Source: Leucoraja erinacea (lineage: Eukaryota). Taken from it: DNA of 64,000 bases. The stretch lies in assembly GCF_028641065.1 (NCBI RefSeq), contig NC_073377.1, positions 57,660,001 to 57,724,000 of the forward strand. The letters are read 5' to 3'. Made by a program: the position numbers and the translations under genes. Positions 45,806-59,265 of this stretch are shown here, one piece after another; position 1 is the first letter of the stretch, and every line of letters starts with the position of its first letter. The notes under the pieces were generated by a model. The model did not search any database, was not told the origin of the DNA, and saw only the letters and a program-made list of their open reading frames with translations.

Positions 45806-47313
45806 ATCAGATTCAGATTCAGATTCAGATTCAATTTTAATTGTCATTGTCAGTGTACAGTACAGAGACAACGAAATGCATTTAGCATCTCCCTGGAAGA
45901 GTGACATAGCAAATGATTTGAATAAATAATAATAAGTGTCCGGGGGGGGTGGTGATTGGCAGTCACCGAGGTACGTTGTTGAGTAGAGTGACAGCCGCCG
46001 GAAAGAAGCTGTTCCTCGACCTGCTGGTTCGGCAACGGAGAGACCTGTAGCGCCTCCCAGATGGTAGGAGGGTAAACAGTCCATGGTTGGGGTGAGAGCA
46101 GTCCTTGGCAATGCTGAGCGCCCTCCGCAGACAGCGCTTGCTTTGGACAGACTCAATGGAGGGGAGCGAGGAACCGGTGATGCGTTGGGCAATTTTCACC
46201 ACCCTCTGCAATGCCTTCCGGTCGGAGACAGAGCAGTTGCCATACCATACTGTGATGCAGTTGGTAAGGATGCTCTCGATGATGCAGCGGTAGAAGTTCA
46301 CCAGGATCTGAGGAGACAGATGGACCTTCTTCAGTCTCCTCAGGAAGAAGAGACGCTGATGAGCCTTCTTGATCAGAGTAGAGGTATTGTGGGTCCAAGA
46401 GAGGTCATCGGAGATGTTGACTCCCAGGAACCTGAAGCTAGAAACACGTTCCACCTCCGTCCCGTTAATGTGGATGGGGGTGTGCGTGCCGCCTCTGGAC
46501 TTCCTGAAGTCTACAATGAGCTCCTTGGTCTTCTTGGAGTTAAGGGCCAGGTTGTTGGCAGCGCACCATGCTGCTAAGTGCTGGACCTCCTCCCTGTAGG
46601 CCAGCTCATCGTTGTTGCTGATGAGGCCAATCACCGTTGTATCATCTGCATACTTGATGATGGTGTTAGTACCATGTACAGATGTGCAGTCATAGGTGAA
46701 GAGGGAGTAGAGGAGGGGGCTCAGCACACAGCCCTGTGGAACGCCGGTGTTCAGGGTGAGGGTTGAAGAGGTGTACTTGTCTAACCTCACAGACTGGGGT
46801 CTGTTGGTTAGAAAGTCCAGTATCCAGTTGCAGAGGGAGGGGTCGATGCCCAGGTTACCGAGTTTGGTGATCAGTTTTGATGGTATAATGGTGTTGAATG
46901 CTGAGCTGTAATCGCTGAACAGCATTCTTACGTAAGTGTCTCTGTTGTCGAGGTGGGAGAGGGCGGAGTGAAGTGCCGTTGAGATGACATCCTCCGTACT
47001 CCTGTTCTTGCAGTAGGCAAACTGATAGGGATCCAGTGTGGGGGGTAGGCAGCTTTTGAGGTGTGCCAGGACCAGTCTCTCGAAGCACTTGGTGATGATG
47101 GGGGTAAGTGCAACTGGGCGGAAGTCGTTGAGGCTTGCCGCAGTGGAGTGTTTTGGCACTGGCACGATGGAGGTGGTTTTAAGGCAAGTGGGGACAACTG
47201 CTTGGGCAAGTGACAGGTTGAAGATGTCAGTCCAGACGTCTGTCAGCTGCGCAGCACAGGCCCTGAGCACGCGCCCGGGGATGCCGTCAGGGCCAGCAGC
47301 TTTACATGCATTA
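45806..47313 (-). mobile_element. Young 5'-truncated Rex1/Babar LINE with an uninterrupted RT ORF segment of about 450 aa
   Basis: [46 protein letters not shown] ... stop at 45963; (TGAATC)n tail. Confidence 0.97.
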
Positions 47314-47441
47314 GTCGAAGTATCTTCTGTTTGTGATGTCATTAATGTTAGTAATGTCTTTAGCTGTTGACACTGGGTTTTTTTATTCAGAGTTTTTAAC
47401 GCAAATGGTGGTGGGTATATGGAATGAGCTGCCAGAGTAGG

Positions 47442-47532
47442 CCTGAAGAAGTGTCTCAACCCGAAACATCACCCATTCCTTCTCTCCAGAGATGCTGCCT
47501 GACCCGCTGAGTTATTCCAGCATTTTGTGTCT
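47442..47532 (+). mobile_element. Penelope pLTR fragment with hammerhead core, inside a CR1 3' end (about 47370-47710)
   Basis: CTGAAGAagtgtctcaacccGAAACatca; ctgccagag occurs on both sides. Confidence 0.7.
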
Positions 47533-49367
47533 GCCAGAGGAGGTAGTTGAGGCAGGTACTATCTCAACATTTTAAATACATTTGTACATGGATAGAATTC
47601 ATTAAGAGGGATATGGGGCAAATGCAGGTAAGTGGGACTAGTATAGATGGGGCATGTTGGTCGGTGTGGGCACGTTGGGCCTATGGACCTGTAGCATGCT
47701 GTATGACTCTAGTTGGTGGGTCTAAATGTAGAGGGTATAGGTTTTAAAAGCACAAAGTGCAATTAAATGGGAATCTGTGGGGAAAATCGTACACACAGAA
47801 AGCGGTGGGTATATGAACAAGCCTCTAGATCAAGCGGTAGAGATTAGCACAATTACAACGTTTAAAAGATAAGAAAGGTTTAGATGGCGATGAGCCAAAT
47901 GCAGGCAAATGGAACCAATTCAGCAAGGCTCCTTGATCAGCATGGTCATGTTGGGCTGAAGGGCCTATTTCCATGCTGCATGACTATGACTATGGAATAC
48001 ATAATGGACGTGGGACAATGACAACAAGTAAGGTTCCCTTATTAGATCATTAACCTGTAGGAAATGCAAAAAGCTTGCTTGAGTCACCTAATGGTGCTGC
48101 CAGCACATTATTAACAACTTCTTCTCTCTTAGACTCTAATGCATACATTTTCCAAATGGACACGTAGAGCCACAGGGAATCCTCCAAAGAGAATAAATTG
48201 TGATTTTCCCCTCCTTTGAACCTTGAAGGCAATCAAGCAAAATCTCTAGGTTATCAACTAGCCATTGCCATTTACATTATTCATACTGAGACATTTCCTG
48301 TAGTCTGCTCATTTTTTTATTGTTTGCACTTTGATGTCATTCCTGTGCACACAGGTGAATGAAAATGTGTACAGCGATGTAATAGATTCAGTTGCAATGT
48401 TCAAATGAAATATTTATAATTATTTCTGCTCTGTGATTATACAATTGAAACAGGTTTGTCCTCTGCCAGTTGTGCTTACTATGGGACTGAGGAATAGAAT
48501 TTGCAAAACAGGGAAAAGTGGGTAGGAAAAAGGAAGAGAGAATTAAAGAATGTAGCGGGAAGAGGGATTTATCCTCTGAGTCATGATAAGTTAACCAAGA
48601 AACAGTTTTGGATAAACATTTTGTAAAATATTAGGAGAACCTACATTTTCACATGATTTTAAATTATATGATCATATAAGCAGTTTGGTTGATTATTGAA
48701 CAACTGGATTTTCTTTGAAAATATGACCTACTTTGATCCAGTTGTTGGGATTTGGGGAGGATCCATTTCAAACACATGGGTGAAAAAAGTGGATCTGAAT
48801 CTTTCTTCTGAAAATGCATCTGAATGGGGAGAAGGCAGGAGATTGGGGTTGAGAGGGAAAGATAGTTCAGCCATGATTGAATGGCAGAGTAGACCTGATG
48901 GACCAAATGGTCTAATTCTGCTCCTAGAACTTATCTGTCTACTAGTGGGACCAGCAGCCTTGCTGGGTAATAAATTTGAGGGGTTATAATCTCCATCTGT
49001 TTACACCTGGTTCCTGTTTAAATCTAGCTGGCATTAAACATACAGTATAGCAGGTTGCAGGAAGTATACCAAAGAAGGATATCACTTTGAAGAGCCTAAT
49101 CTGTGGACTCTGGTATGACAGAAACCTGCCATGGAAAAGAGGAGCAAAAGTTCTCTCAACCTTGATTTTCTGTGCGAGTACAGAATATAAAAGTTCAGCT
49201 TCACAATTCTGTCATATTGGGCTTTAACCAGGAAAAATCAGGTGTGTTGCCACAGAGATAAGTGCCTTAGTGCAATCAAACATGGAAAATGAGGCCGTTT
49301 TTTGCGTCATCAAGCATTAGATTTTTCATCCATAGTCATTGGATTTCGTCAAGATACTTATCAACCT

Positions 49368-49555
49368 ATATGCTATATTTAAGAGGGAGTTAGATGTGGC
49401 CCTTGTGGCTAAAGGGATCAGGGGGTATGGAGAGAAGGCATGGATGGGATACTGAGTTGGATGATCAGCCATGATCATATCGAATGGCAGTGCAGGCTCG
49501 AAGGGCCGAATGGCCTACTCCTGCACCTATTTTCTATGTTTCTATGCTTCTATGT
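49368..49555 (+). mobile_element. HER1/CR1 3' tail
   Basis: Near-identical to 14415-14598. Confidence 0.9.
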
Positions 49556-50324
49556 AACCTGAAATACTTCCTTTGTTTCTGCCTCTAAGAGATGTTGTCA
49601 CCACATTTTCAGTCTTTATATCATAAATTACATTTAGAATTTGAGGAATTTCCTTGGCAAACACTGGGTGTGATAGAATAGGCCCAGTAATGAACAAGGG
49701 GTTCTAGAAATAGCTGACTTCAAAATTATTGAGCATGAAAAACACATAATTTGATAAATACTAGAACAGCCATGTTACAGTCTTCCAAGCTGAAAATATG
49801 AAACGAAGGCTGGTTGATGCTGAATCACAAGAAAGAAGAAGTCAGTGGCTGCACTGTGTGTAGTCTGTAAAATACCTGACAGATAATTCCCAGGGTACTT
49901 TGTAAACACTTCCTAACACTACTACCACCAAGAAAGAAAAGGGTTGCAGATGCATTGGAATACCACCACCTGCAGGTTCCCTTCCACGTTGTACACCATT
50001 TTGACTTGCTAATATATCACAGGCCCTTGAGGTGTATAAAATCATGAGATTAATAAATCGGGTGAATGCAGATGTTTTTTTCCCCAGTGTTGAAGCATCA
50101 AGAAAGATTTTATAGGAACCTGAGGGGTAATTTTTTGACATTGAATAATGTGGATAGATAATGTTTCGGGTCTTAAGAAGGGTCCCAACCCAAAACATCA
50201 CCGATCCTTGTTCTCCAGAGATGCTGCCTGATCTGCTGAGTTACTCCAGCATTGTGTGTCTTCTTTTGCCAGAGGAAGTAGTTAAGGCAGGTGCAATAAC
50301 ATAAAAAAACATTTGGACAGTTTT

Positions 50325-50633
50325 TGTGCCACAGTGGTGCAGTGGTACAGTTGCTGTATTACAACGCCAGAGACCCAGGTTCGATCCTGACTATGGAGTT
50401 TGTCTGTATGGAGTTTGTATGTTCTCCCTGTGATCCACGTGGGTTTTCTCTGGGTGCTCCCGTTTCCTCCCACATTCCAAAGACATGCAGGTTTGTAGGT
50501 TAATTGGCTTCTGTAAATTGTGCCTAGTGTGTAGAATGCAAAACTGGGATAACATAGAACCAGCGTAAGCGTGATCGCTGGTCGGAACTCGATTGGCTGA
50601 AGGACCTGTTTCCACACTGTATTTCTAAATTAA
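50325..50633 (+). mobile_element. V-SINE (HE1-like) nested in a CR1 3' end
   Basis: A-box gtggtgcagtgg, B-box ggttcgatcc and V-domain. Confidence 0.88.
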
Positions 50634-52029
50634 CGTACTTGGATTGGAAATATTTAAAGGGATATGGGCCAAATGCAGGTAAATGAGTTGCTTAGATGAG
50701 GTATATTGTTCAGCATGGATAAGTAGGTAGAAGAGCTGGTGTCTGTGCTGTTTGACTTCATGTGTTGGTCCAAATCCTGGAATTCTATTCCCAACTTCAT
50801 TGAGAGAGTACCTTCATCAGAAGGACTGGAACAATCCACAAAGCAATTCATCGGGAAGTTCCCTGGGACAATTAGGGATGGACAATAAATGCTGTCCAGA
50901 TCACTAAAGTGATTTATAAAGAATAACTTGGAGAGACAACTGAAACAAGTTCATGGATTTAATTTGGCTTGTTAGCTGCCCCATAAATATACTGCACTAA
51001 ACTGCACGGATGTTACTCCACATACTTTACACTCAGAAGCCAATGCAACCGTTATTCGCAGCTGCCCCCAACGAAAAGGTTTGCCCATTTAGTTTCAAGA
51101 AAGGCTAAGCTACTTTAGTGGATGCCCTGCAACAAAAGGAAACAATTCAGCTGAAAGATGATTGTTTTGTTATTTGCAGTTTTCCCTCTTCTTATTGTCC
51201 CAAGTGAAAGCTTAGGTGAACAAACAAGGTACAAGTACAAGTGGTCAGTGTGTATTTTTGTTTGCTTCAGTGTTCAGCCTGGTGTCCATTTGCAGATTAC
51301 CTCAAGACCATACAGGTACAGTATAAAACCTTCATGTCGAATTCATGGACAAATGTTCACATATTTGACAAAGTTCACTCGAGCATCAATATAATGCAGT
51401 ATTTTGCTGACACCATCAATGCTGAAATTGTGCTTTTCCAAAAAAAAAGCCTGAGTCAACTGTAATCACTGAATGATGAAAAGTTAGCTAACAGCTCTCT
51501 TTTGTGATTTAGTATGAACTCGGTAAAGCTTTTGTGAAATAGCTTTGTTTTGCATGGCAGCATTAGAGCCTTTATCATAAGCTTCTTAAAATTCCACAAG
51601 ACATATTGCTGTCGACTATGAAGCAGCAGGTAAAATTAATTTCTTCAGTCTTCATTATAAACTGATGGCTTCTTTACAGCAATTAATCCATCCATCATAT
51701 TCTAGGTAATTGTTGGCCTGTTTTCCATTGATAAAAAATATATTTGTCCATAACCTTACAACTGAGGCACAGGGAGCTTCCTCAGAAGGAAGTGGAGGCC
51801 AATTATCTGGATACTTTCAAGAGAGAGTTAGATAGAGCTCTTAAGATAGCGGAGTCAAGGGATTTGAGGAGAAGACAGGAATGGGGTATTGATTGTGGAT
51901 GATCAGCCATGATCACAGTGAATGGCAGTGCTGGCTCGAAGGGCCTACTCCTGCACCTATTGTCTATTGTCCATTGTGAGGGGTTGGTTGGACTGTCGGC
52001 TGGCCCCACATATCTCCTTTAAAAACGTT

Positions 52030-53950
52030 CTCTGTCTGGCCTTAAAGTTATGCCCTCTATGACACTTCCACCCAGGGAAAATGGTTCTGATTGTTGACCT
52101 TCTCTATGCCTCTCATAATTCAACCCCTGACACTCCAGAGAAAACAACCCAAGTTTGTCCAACCTCTCGTTGTAGCTAATAACCTCTAATCCAGACAGCA
52201 TTCTGGTATGACATCTGACCTTTACACTGAATGTCTGGACCAATGAAGGCAAGAATACCATTTGGCTTCTTTACTGTCTATAAAGTATAAAGCATATAAA
52301 GTATAAAGTATCCTTTATTGTCATTCAGACTTTTCAGTCTGAACAAAATTGCATACCTTGCAGTCATGACATAAAATAAAATAACAGAACATGCAATGAT
52401 CACAGATTTAACATCTACCACAGTGAGTCTACCAGGCACCTCCTCACTGTGATGGAAGTCAAAAGTCTTAAAGTCCTTGTCTCTTCCCTCCTTGTCTCCC
52501 CTTGAGTTGAGGCGACCCAGGCTTTCGATGTTGGGCCCCCTGACGGACGATGACAAGTCCTGCGGGGAATCCAAGTTCCACGAAGGGGCCGGTTCAAACT
52601 CTGCGGCCCAGGGCGGTCGAAGCTGCCGAAGCTGCCACTCTCCAGTGCAGCGGACGAAGCAGTTGTTGCGGGAGCTCCCGAGAACCAGTCACCAACCTGG
52701 AACCTGCGAGCTCCCGGCGTTGTCATCCACTGGGCTCACGGCCGAGTCCACTCAGCCCGCGGCCGAGCCTCCGAGGCTCCGAAGTCTGGTCGCCGGTCGC
52801 CGCCGCCGCAACGCCACCACAGCCCCGAAGTTGGCCAGCCCCGCATTGGTAAGTCCTGGCTCTGCCTCCGGAGCCTCGAGGCCGGTACCAGTTGGAGGCC
52901 GCCAGCTCCGCGATAGGCCTCAGTGCAGACGGAGACGGAGACAGGGGATATGACAAGAAAAGGTTGCATCCTCCCCGAAGGAAGAGACTAAAAACAAGTT
53001 TCTCCCACCCTCACACATACACAATTAAAATAAACTAAATAAACTAAAATAACAGGACAAAAGAAAACAAAAAAAAAGACAGGCGGACTGCAGGCGAGCC
53101 GCAGCTGCAGGGCTGCGCCGCCACTTCACTATCACCTTGAATTGTAACTTTCATGGACCTATGGACTTGCACGCAAAGATGCCTTTGTACTTCAAGCTGT
53201 ACACTGTATATTTTCCCCTTACATTCAATCTCCCAAAGTGTAACACCTCACACTTGCTTTAATTAAACAGCATCAGCCATTTCTCCACCCATATCTGCAA
53301 CTGATCTATAATCCCACTGTATTCTTTTGGAACCTCCACAACTCTCCAAAACTCAACCAATTTTAGTGTAATCTGCAAATTTACTTACCAACCCATCTAC
53401 ATTTATGCTCATTTTTTTCCAACAAGCAACTCAGCACAGATCCCTGCAGAGCAGCACTGGTCACAGACCTCCAACTATAAAAACATATCCACCACTATCC
53501 TCCGAGACAGTTTAAATCCAAACGTCCAAATCCCTGCGGATCAGATAGATCATAATCTTCTGGATCAGCCTATCATAGGAACTTTATCAAATGCCTATAC
53601 AACATCCACTGTCCTGCCCTCTTCAATCACTTCCGCAAAAATCTCAGTTGGTAGGATAGTAAGACATGAGCTGCCATGTACAAAATCAGGCTGACTGCCC
53701 CTAATTATCCCAATCTCTTCCAAATATCCTATCCTGAAGAATCATCTCCAACCACCCCAATGTCCACAATCATTGACACCATGCTCAATCGCCTATAATT
53801 TAGTGGATTACAAAGATCTTCATCAAGGCCCCAGCAATCTCCTTTCATGCTCCTCTCAACAACCCGAGAAAGATCTCATGAGGGCTTGGGAATTTATTCA
53901 ATTTAATAGTTCAAGAGACCCAACTCCATCTCCTTCCTTATCTCAAATTC
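52030..53950 (-). mobile_element. Old CR1 RT remnant, split by the insertion at 52279-53127
   Basis: SYNERLDKLGLFSLE; plus-strand tctgcaaatt encodes KFAD; ctttatcaaatgcc encodes AFDKV. Confidence 0.75.
52279..53127 (-). mobile_element. CpG-rich non-coding retroposon with Rex1-like tail
   Basis: (TATAAAG)n tail plus tttattgtcatt; stem cacagtgag..ctcactgtg; TSD ACTGTC/ACTATC. Confidence 0.7.
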
Positions 53951-54619
53951 CTCTAGATGTCAAGGTGTAGGTTAAAATGCAGATTATTACACACCATGCA
54001 TGAAGTTTTCAGTTACAAGCTGAACTAGAAAAGTTTGAATGATCTAGCAAAATTTGCTTCACCCACTGCAGAGACACTAATCAATACAGGGTTAACCAAG
54101 AATGTCATTAAACTATATATGTCTTGATTCCTCAAGGTACACAGGGATAACAAAAATATGGCAGAGACCTTGGATGTCCTTCGGATAGTCTGGTATTTCA
54201 ATTACTGCAAGAGTTACTGGATGTTCAGGCTGCTCTAGAGCACAAATTCTTCTTAAACCCCTTTCTTCTTCGTAAAGCCTACTATGATCTGTGTGCTGAA
54301 GCAAAGCAAGAATTTCATTGTCCTATCAGGGACACATGACAATAAACTCACTTGAACTTGAAACTAAATAAAAGATGCTCTGTATCCGTGAAAATTCTGG
54401 TGATTCACATCGAGAGTCAAGTCAAGAGTGTTTCATTGCTACATGCACTGGGAATGGAATGACAAAATTTTTATTTGCTGCAGTATTTACAGACACATTA
54501 ACACAACAAAAGAATATACAATAACAATGGTATAATTAATTATCAGTCATATTGGGTAACTGGACCATAATAGTGCAAGTTGAAGTATGTTGTCCTAATA
54601 CAAAGTCCAAAGTAGATTG

Positions 54620-54950
54620 TTGCTGAGATAGTGTTGTGGTTACATATGGTTTAAGATGGTTGATGGGAAGCAGCTGCTTTTGAACCCAGAGCTAATGGTT
54701 CTTAGGCTCCTGTAGTTTACTTTTAATGGCAGCAGCCAGATGAGAGCATGCTGGGATGGTGTGAATCTTTGATGACCTTAGCTGACGTCTTAAGCCAGGG
54801 CTTCCTGTAGATCCTTAGATGGTGGGAAGGTCATTAACATGATGGACTAAGCATTGTCCACCGCTTTGTGCAACCTCTTAGGTGATTGTGCATTTGAGTT
54901 ACTGAATCAAGCCATGACATGAGTAATCAGTATGCTCTCTACCATGCACC
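54620..54950 (-). mobile_element. Old Rex1/Babar 3' remnant
   Basis: Similar to 3460-3660 (ggatggtgtgaatctttgatg, cagtatgctctctacc). Confidence 0.65.
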
Positions 54951-55639
54951 TACTTCTGTCAAACTATTACAGGCCAGGCTTTACCTGCCTCTCCGCTTTC
55001 AGCTTTCTTTCTCCCCAACAATCAGTCTGAAGAAGGGTCTCAAAACAAAACATCATCTATCAATGTTCTCTAGATTTGCAGCCTTACCCGTTCAGTTCCT
55101 CTAGCACTTTGTGTATTTTTTAGATTAACAGCAGATGCAGTCCTGCTGGCTCGCTATTCTGCACCGAGCCACAAACAATAACAATATATACATCAGGTTG
55201 TTGTTCATCAGCTGTAGCTCATTTCAACACAATTATCCACTGCAAAATTATCAGCAAGCTCAGGGAACAGGGTCTCTGTTCATCCCAATGCAATTAGGTC
55301 TTCAACGGCTGACCTCAATCAGTACGGATTGGCAACAATACTTCCTCCTCACTGCCATCAGTACAATAGTAACTCAATGGGTCAGGCAGCATCTCTGGAG
55401 AACATGGATAGGTGTCAAGTTTGCTTGTGTGTGGCTGTACCCATCGGGTAAGTATTGAGTATTGCATCAACCTGAGAAGTTGGAGCTGGTTTTAAGAGAC
55501 ACCCTTCAGTGAAAAGTAGAGACCTTTCACCTATATCATTGAAATAAAATGCAGATGCTGGAATTCAGAAACAAGTAAAATGCTGGAAGAAATTGGCTGA
55601 TTAGGCAGCTTCTGTCCCCAATCCTATTTTTGCTGCCAC

Positions 55640-55945
55640 AAGGTAGTTACAGCCAGGATTCAATAATAAGGCAGATCTATGCTGATTTAAAAACTCTAAA
55701 ACATTGCAACACTGTTGTAAAATCTGATGGGCCTCAGCTGTGTGTAGATGGATCAATACTCATCACCAAAAAGAAACAGGTCTTAGAGAGATGGGCTGAG
55801 CATTTCAATTCTGTCCTAAATAGACCAGCTAGATGATGAAGCAATAGATTGCACTCCACAACTTCCAACAAACCTTGCTCTAGCTCAATCCCCAGCCGTG
55901 GCGAAGGTTCAAAGGCAGTATCATGATTATCATGTGAAAAAGCTC
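55640..55945 (+). mobile_element. RTE LINE fragment
   Basis: YADLK..DGSILITKKKQVLERWAEHFNSVLNRP. Confidence 0.8.
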
Positions 55946-56619
55946 GATTAGAACAGGTGTCAAGGATTATGGGGAGAAGGCAGGAAAATGGGATTAGGAG
56001 GCAGGTATCATCCATGATTGAATGGTGGAGTGGACTCGATGGACCAAATGGCCAAATTCTACTCCTATAACGTGAATTGGTGAAGCTTCCAGAGCAGATG
56101 CAATGTTGAAAGTCAGTATGTCCTTGTTGAAGATGGCCTTTACCTGTCATTTATCTTCTCTAACTCATGTCATTATTTTTTTCCTACAGTACCAATTCTG
56201 GATATTTTTAAAAGATTTATGATGCTTCTTTTCACAAATTCACTTCTAAATTGAAGGCTACATTTTCGATTTGCAGACAGCTACCAAACAATCTTGCTTA
56301 TTGAAAACTCATATCAGGGTTTTCAACCCAGAAGATTTTTGCCAGGTGATTGATGTCAATGGACCAAGTGAGTGAACATTAATTTCCCATTTGAATACAG
56401 AAAACATCATATGTAAGCCCAATTGGCAGAGCTTAAATTCAGTCATAGCCAGATATTATCATTGTTGTGTTTCTGATCATAATTAAGGGATAATTATTGG
56501 CCAAACTCTGGGGATATCTCTGCTATATTTCAAAACAATGTTGTGTCAATTTTACTCACAACTGAAATAGTAGTCTAAACCTCTCTCCACAGCTTACCTG
56601 ACGTCCCACCATGTAATGG

Positions 56620-56965
56620 GAAGGTACAGTGGTGCTGCTAGTAAGTCTGCTGCCTCACAACGCCAGACAAACAAGTTTAATCCTGGCACTGGATCCTGTC
56701 TGTGTGGAGTTTGCACATTCTTCCTGTGTGTATGTAGGTTTCTTCTGGGTGCTCTGGTTTCCTCCTGCATTCCAAAGACATGCGAGTTAGTTGGTTAATT
56801 AGCAGCTGCAGAACTGTCCGATATTTTGTTGCCGATTGGTAGAATCTGGACAGGATTGATAAAATTAGAGTAGGATTAGTTAAATACAATAGGTGGATGA
56901 TGGTCAGCAAGGATTTGGTGGGGCGAATGTCCCGGTTCCATGCTGCATCTCTCTATGATTTATGA
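56620..56965 (+). mobile_element. V-SINE (older)
   Basis: tgtgtggagtttgcacattcttcc..ggtttcctcc..caaagacatg. Confidence 0.8.
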
Positions 56966-57436
56966 TCTGTCATTACTGTACTGATGAGCCAGACTAAATC
57001 TTGGGTTCATGTGCCTGAAGAGGAATTTGAAACCATAAATTGATTTTCTACCACTGGTCCCCTGCTGGTATCTTAGACAAACAAGAAATATGGTAACTAT
57101 GATCAAAACAAAGCAAGTAAATTCCTCACACAGATTTTCATACCATTGATGTCTACATTTCAGTCAACTGAAAGGAAATAGCTTAAAAAATACACAAGCT
57201 CGCAAAATGGTGTCAGAAAATTAGAAGTTTGATTTTTGTGCGCGCGCACATGTTTCCTTAGAGCTATTATATATTCACCTTTTAAGAAACATGTCTGCTT
57301 CTGGTGCACCTTTGTCATTCTCTAGATATTCCAAATTGCTTTCGACCAATTGAAGAATTTTCCAAGCATGGGCACCATAGGAAAGAATGAGCTATGATAA
57401 ATCGAATCAGAAATAGAAAGTTTCCATCTTCTACTG

Positions 57437-58460
57437 AAGATAGACAAAAATGCTGGAGTAACTCAGCGGGACAGGCAGCATCTCTGGATAGAAGGAATGG
57501 GTGATATTTCGGGTTGCGACCCTTCTTCATTCTGAGTGTTTGGGAAGAGGGAGACACAGAGGTAAGGAAGGGTAAGGTGTGAAAATGAGATAACAAAAGA
57601 GTCGAGATCAAGGAAAATGTAGAATAGATCATTGTTAGCTAGGAGAAAGTAACAACAAAACAAACAGAGATAAAATGCAATTGGGGACAGTTGGACTGGT
57701 TGATAAACTGGGAAGGTGAAGGGATAGAGAGAGAGGGAAAGCAAGGGTTACTTGAAGTTAAAGAAGTCAATACACATACTGCTGGGGTGTAAGCAGCCCA
57801 AGCGAAATATAAAGTGCTGTTCCTCCAATTTGCGATGGGCCTCACTCCGACAATGGAGGAGGCCCAGGACAGAAAGGTTGGTGTTGGAATGGGAGAGGGA
57901 GTTAAGGTGTTTAGCAGCTGGCAGATCATGTAGGTTTGGGCGAACTGAGCAGGGGTGTTCAGCAAAATGATCGCCGAGCCTGCACTTGGTCTTGACGATA
58001 GATAGTAGTCTACACCTGGAACAGCGGGTACAGTAGATGAGGTTGATGGAGGTGGAAGTGAACCTGTGACTCACCTGAAAAGACTGTTGGGTCCTTGGAT
58101 GGAGTCGATGGAGGAGGCATAGGGACAGGTGTTGCATCTCCTGTGGTTGCAGGGGAAAGTACCTGGGGAGAGGGTGGTTTGGGTGAGAGGGGACGAGTTA
58201 GCCAGGGAGTTGCGGAGGGAATGACCTGTGCGGAAAGTGGTGGAGATGGGAAGATGTAGCTAGTGGTGGGATCCTGTCGTAGGTGGCGAAAATGTCGAGG
58301 ATTATGTGCTGTATGCGACGGCTGATTGGGTGAAAGGTGAGGGCTAGAGGGACTCGGTCCCTGTTGCGACTGAGGGAGGGGGAGCAAGTGCTGGGCTGCG
58401 GTATATCACGGAGACCCTAGTGAGGGCCTCATCTATTATGGAAGAGGGAAAGCCCTACTC
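57437..58460 (-). mobile_element. Penelope-like element 3' part (GIY-YIG plus pLTR)
   Basis: NLIYCTRCSRCRLLSIVKTKCRLGDHFAEH..RKLEEQHFIFRLG; pLTR with minus-strand ATGAAGA..GAAAT. Confidence 0.92.
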
Positions 58461-58639
58461 TCTTGATACAAGTATAGCATGGAATTAGGTGAAACAAACC
58501 CAAGCACCAAGAGCAAGAGTAGACAATACTGTACTTTGAGCCTGCTTTGCATTCAATAACATCACAGCCGATCTCACCTCGACCTCAACTCCACTTTCCT
58601 GCGGGTACTATGTGATTAAACTGCAGTGGAACTGAAATC

Positions 58640-59265
58640 ACTGTTGTTGTTGTTGTTCGTCCTTCATAGTCGAAGAAGACCATGACTTCAGTGTTTTTGT
58701 TTGTGAGTCCGGCGATGACTGGTGAGACCGATCCGGGTCCGGAAGGCTTGCCCGCATATGGGACACAGTTGGGTGGGTGCTGCAGTAGAAGTTGAAGTGG
58801 CTAGCGCCATGCGCTGAGCTCCTGCGGTGCACTTCTTCTCAGCCGCACCTGCTCCCGTGGTGATCTTGCTTCGCCAAGTTGGGCGGTCCAGAGCAAGCGA
58901 CTCCCAAGTATTGAGATTGATGTTAAGGTCTTTGGGTGACTCTTTGAGGCACTCTTTGAAGCGTCTCTTCTGCTCCCCAACTGAACGCTTGCCCTGACAC
59001 AGTTCTCTGTACAACAGCTGTTTTGTCAGCCGACAGTTTGGCATTCGGATGACATGGCCAGCCCATCTGGCTTGGGCTTTCTGAAGGAGGGTGTAGACGC
59101 TGGGGATGCGGGCCCGTTGGGGATCCGTGTCCAGGATTTTGTCCAGCCACCTAATGCGGAGGAGTCTGCAGAGACAGTGAAAGTGGAAGTGGTTGAGCTG
59201 TTCGGCATGTCTACTGTGGACAGTCCAGGTCTCACATGCATACAGGAGGGTGGTGAGAACTACTG
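58640..59265 (-). mobile_element. RTE (BovB-like) LINE 3' end
   Basis: MPNCRLTKQLLYREL..GKRSVG..RFKECLK..WESLALDRPTWR..CPICGQAFRTRIGLTSHRRTH (C2H2-like); (CAA)n tail. Confidence 0.92.

Noticed and set aside
45963-47459. 498-aa complete gene
   Set aside because: The first about 48 aa are chance read-through from flanking repeats. The rest is a 5'-truncated Rex1 RT without an endonuclease.
56170-56350. Strong acceptor ttttttcctacag with a downstream CAG|GTG
   Set aside because: Stops in all three frames and a weak donor; no support for a coding exon.
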